Below are positions 62,051 through 64,000 of a DNA stretch of 64,000 bases, one piece after another. A program made the translations under genes and the position numbers. Each line of letters begins with the position of its first letter. Position 1 is the first letter of the stretch. This stretch comes from Hydrolagus colliei (taxonomy: Eukaryota). The DNA lies in contig CM068762.1 of the NCBI GenBank assembly GCA_035084275.1, positions 3,348,001-3,412,000 of the forward strand, given 5' to 3'. The notes beneath the pieces were generated by a model. The model was not told the origin of the DNA and did not search any database. It was given only the letters and a program-made list of their open reading frames with translations.

Positions 62051-64000
62051 AGTATCCCTTCCACCATGGGGTGGAGAAGAAACCAGGCATTATCGATCTT
62101 AGAAAAACTACCTGAGCTGTTTGCCTTGACATATCCTTCCTGCCCTCCACCCCACCTGATCTCAACCACCAACTCAGTTGTGGATCCCTCACTGTCCAGC
62201 AGCTTGGTACATCCTCCTGATGTCCAAGGCACTATAAACATGTAAATTTGTTCTTGTTATGATTTGAGATAAATTTTCAGATTAAACAAAAATAATTCCT
62301 GTCACAAATCAAACTTGTTCTTTTGATGCGGTTGTGAATTTAAGCACTCAACCAGCAGTGATGTGAAGAAGATCAGTCAGATACAGTTCTGAACAGATAA
62401 AACCCCAGGTAGCCGGACTAATGAGGGGAGATCTGATCCGAGCTGGAATTTCCAGCTATGGGTAATTACAATGTTGGTAATGTAAAAAATGCATAGGTAG
62501 TGCTAGAAAATACTGTTAATGTATTTACTGGCCTTACCGGCAATCCATGTGAATTTCTACCACTGTAAACTACAACAACTTGCATTTAGATAGCGACTCT
62601 GAGGCAGAATAACATCCCAGAGCGCTTGACAGTGCTGGAGCACAATGTCGAGTTGGGGGAAGCACGGCCTGAAGATGGGTAAAGAAGGGGCAAGGAGGTG
62701 ACATCGAGAAAGGTGTGTTCCAGAGTTTCAGGGTGTAATGTAATGATGTAGCCGCTGCTGATCTTGATCTTTTTGATTGAGTGGTGTTTTCACGAATAGC
62801 ATTAATTACAGATGGCTGGAGCCGGCCGAGCAGAGGTTGAGGTGTAGGCAGCTTGGAGAGGTAGGGAGGTGCCAGCGCATGAAGGGATTTGAAAACGAGT
62901 GTGAGGATCTTGTAGTTGCTCAGAACGTAGTTACGCACCCTCATTCAGATGCCTGGAGCTGGGTGTTTACTCTATTAACACAATAAATCAGCCCTCAATA
63001 ATTTACAATTAGCAACCTCCCCCTCACCTGTGGCAATGCCACACTGCCATCCATGCCAAGCCTCTGAGCAGGATGTCAGTTCGCACTCAGCGAGCATTCT
63101 GGTGCTGCAAGCTTGTGTCCAGTGGGAGTGAAGCCAACACCTCCCCCAATTCATTCTGTGTCTGACTGAAGAGCAGCCAGCAAGGTTTGTTTGTTCTGTC
63201 AGCCTGGCTTGGATTCAAAGCCGGAAATTAGATGAAAAAAAGACAGTGTGCTGCTGTGTTCTTCCCCCCACAAAAAGTGCATGTCTCTCCCTGCTGTGAT
63301 ATCTGCTAAATTCAACACCTGGAGAGGTGAGAGCTGAAATGAGAACTTACTTTAAACCTGGACCACACAACGTAATTATATTCACAGTGGGCTTTATTAT
63401 AGTCATTGTGGGTTGTTTTGTTTGCAGAAGCTATTGAACAGTTGTCCCGTTGTCCAGTGTGATTGAGGGCATTTGCAATTAAACTTCCAGTATATAACAT
63501 TATTACACTTGGCTATTTTTATGCAGCTGAAGGATTTTACATCTGAATACATGTGGGTCTGATCAAATTCATCTTAGATTTTTGGGACAACGAAATCAGG
63601 AATGAGATCCCAAGTATATAAAGTGCAGTCTTGTAACCAATATGAATAATCCAAAACTCAAAAAGATTTATTTCAATATAAAATGATGCATTTACAGCAT
63701 ATTAAACCTTATAAGACAGTAGCTGGGATCGTCTGGCTATTCTCCATGTTCTAAAGTTTTATTTTGCAATTTTAAAGCATGTTATGTGGGTATTGTTGGG
63801 TTTCATCATTTAACTGATCAACCTCTAACCAGGCAATTGCATTGTGATTGGATGACTGTACGCCTACTCCTATTGAGAGAGAATGACTTAATGTTTTTGT
63901 TGAAAACATCACTCGATCAAAAAGATTGTTAAAAGATTCATGAGTGTTCTAACATTATCAACTCCCTTTATCAGGGGAAAAATAGCACTCTTTCACATTG

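Noticed and set aside
60894-64000. BCAS2 exon 2 (expected AAALVEEETRRYRP...)
   Set aside because: Not found by eye in the remaining 3.1 kb; presumably beyond the window
1-64000. CRISPR arrays, rRNA or prokaryotic systems
   Set aside because: The sequence is intron-containing vertebrate DNA; the regular repeats are minisatellites without unique spacers

Overview
Repeat-dense vertebrate genomic DNA with three short assembly gaps (9967-10180, 10812-11011, 11286-11415). The repeat content (Deu-domain tRNA-SINEs, young L2, CR1 with TTCTATG/TTCTTATG tails, Penelope-like ends) points to a cartilaginous fish; this is an inference. Four spliced plus-strand genes can be assembled by hand from GT-AG junctions with consistent phase. 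(1) The last four coding exons of AMPD1 (717-6163). (2) An MHC class I-like heavy-chain gene with alpha1, alpha2, alpha3, TM and cytoplasmic exons (15688-21218); no leader exon was found. (3) A complete 400-aa RASSF7/8-type gene (41428-53716). (4) Exon 1 of BCAS2 (60801-60893). AMPD1 followed by BCAS2 in the same orientation matches human 1p13.2, but the class I-like and RASSF genes occupy the place of DENND2C. The main candidate for something undescribed is the solitary class I gene outside the MHC: it keeps 7 of the 8 canonical peptide-anchoring residues but has Y59E, a relocated glycan site and a non-canonical alpha3. Other points of interest are a probable NRAS-linked RASSF paralog absent from mammals, a 37-bp repeat carrying five NRF1 motifs before the BCAS2 ATG, a hammerhead-like core inside an intronic hairpin, a 78-bp palindrome, nested MITEs and candidate cryptic micro-exons. 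Nearly all other ORFs in the track are repeat-derived noise. TE boundaries are approximate.
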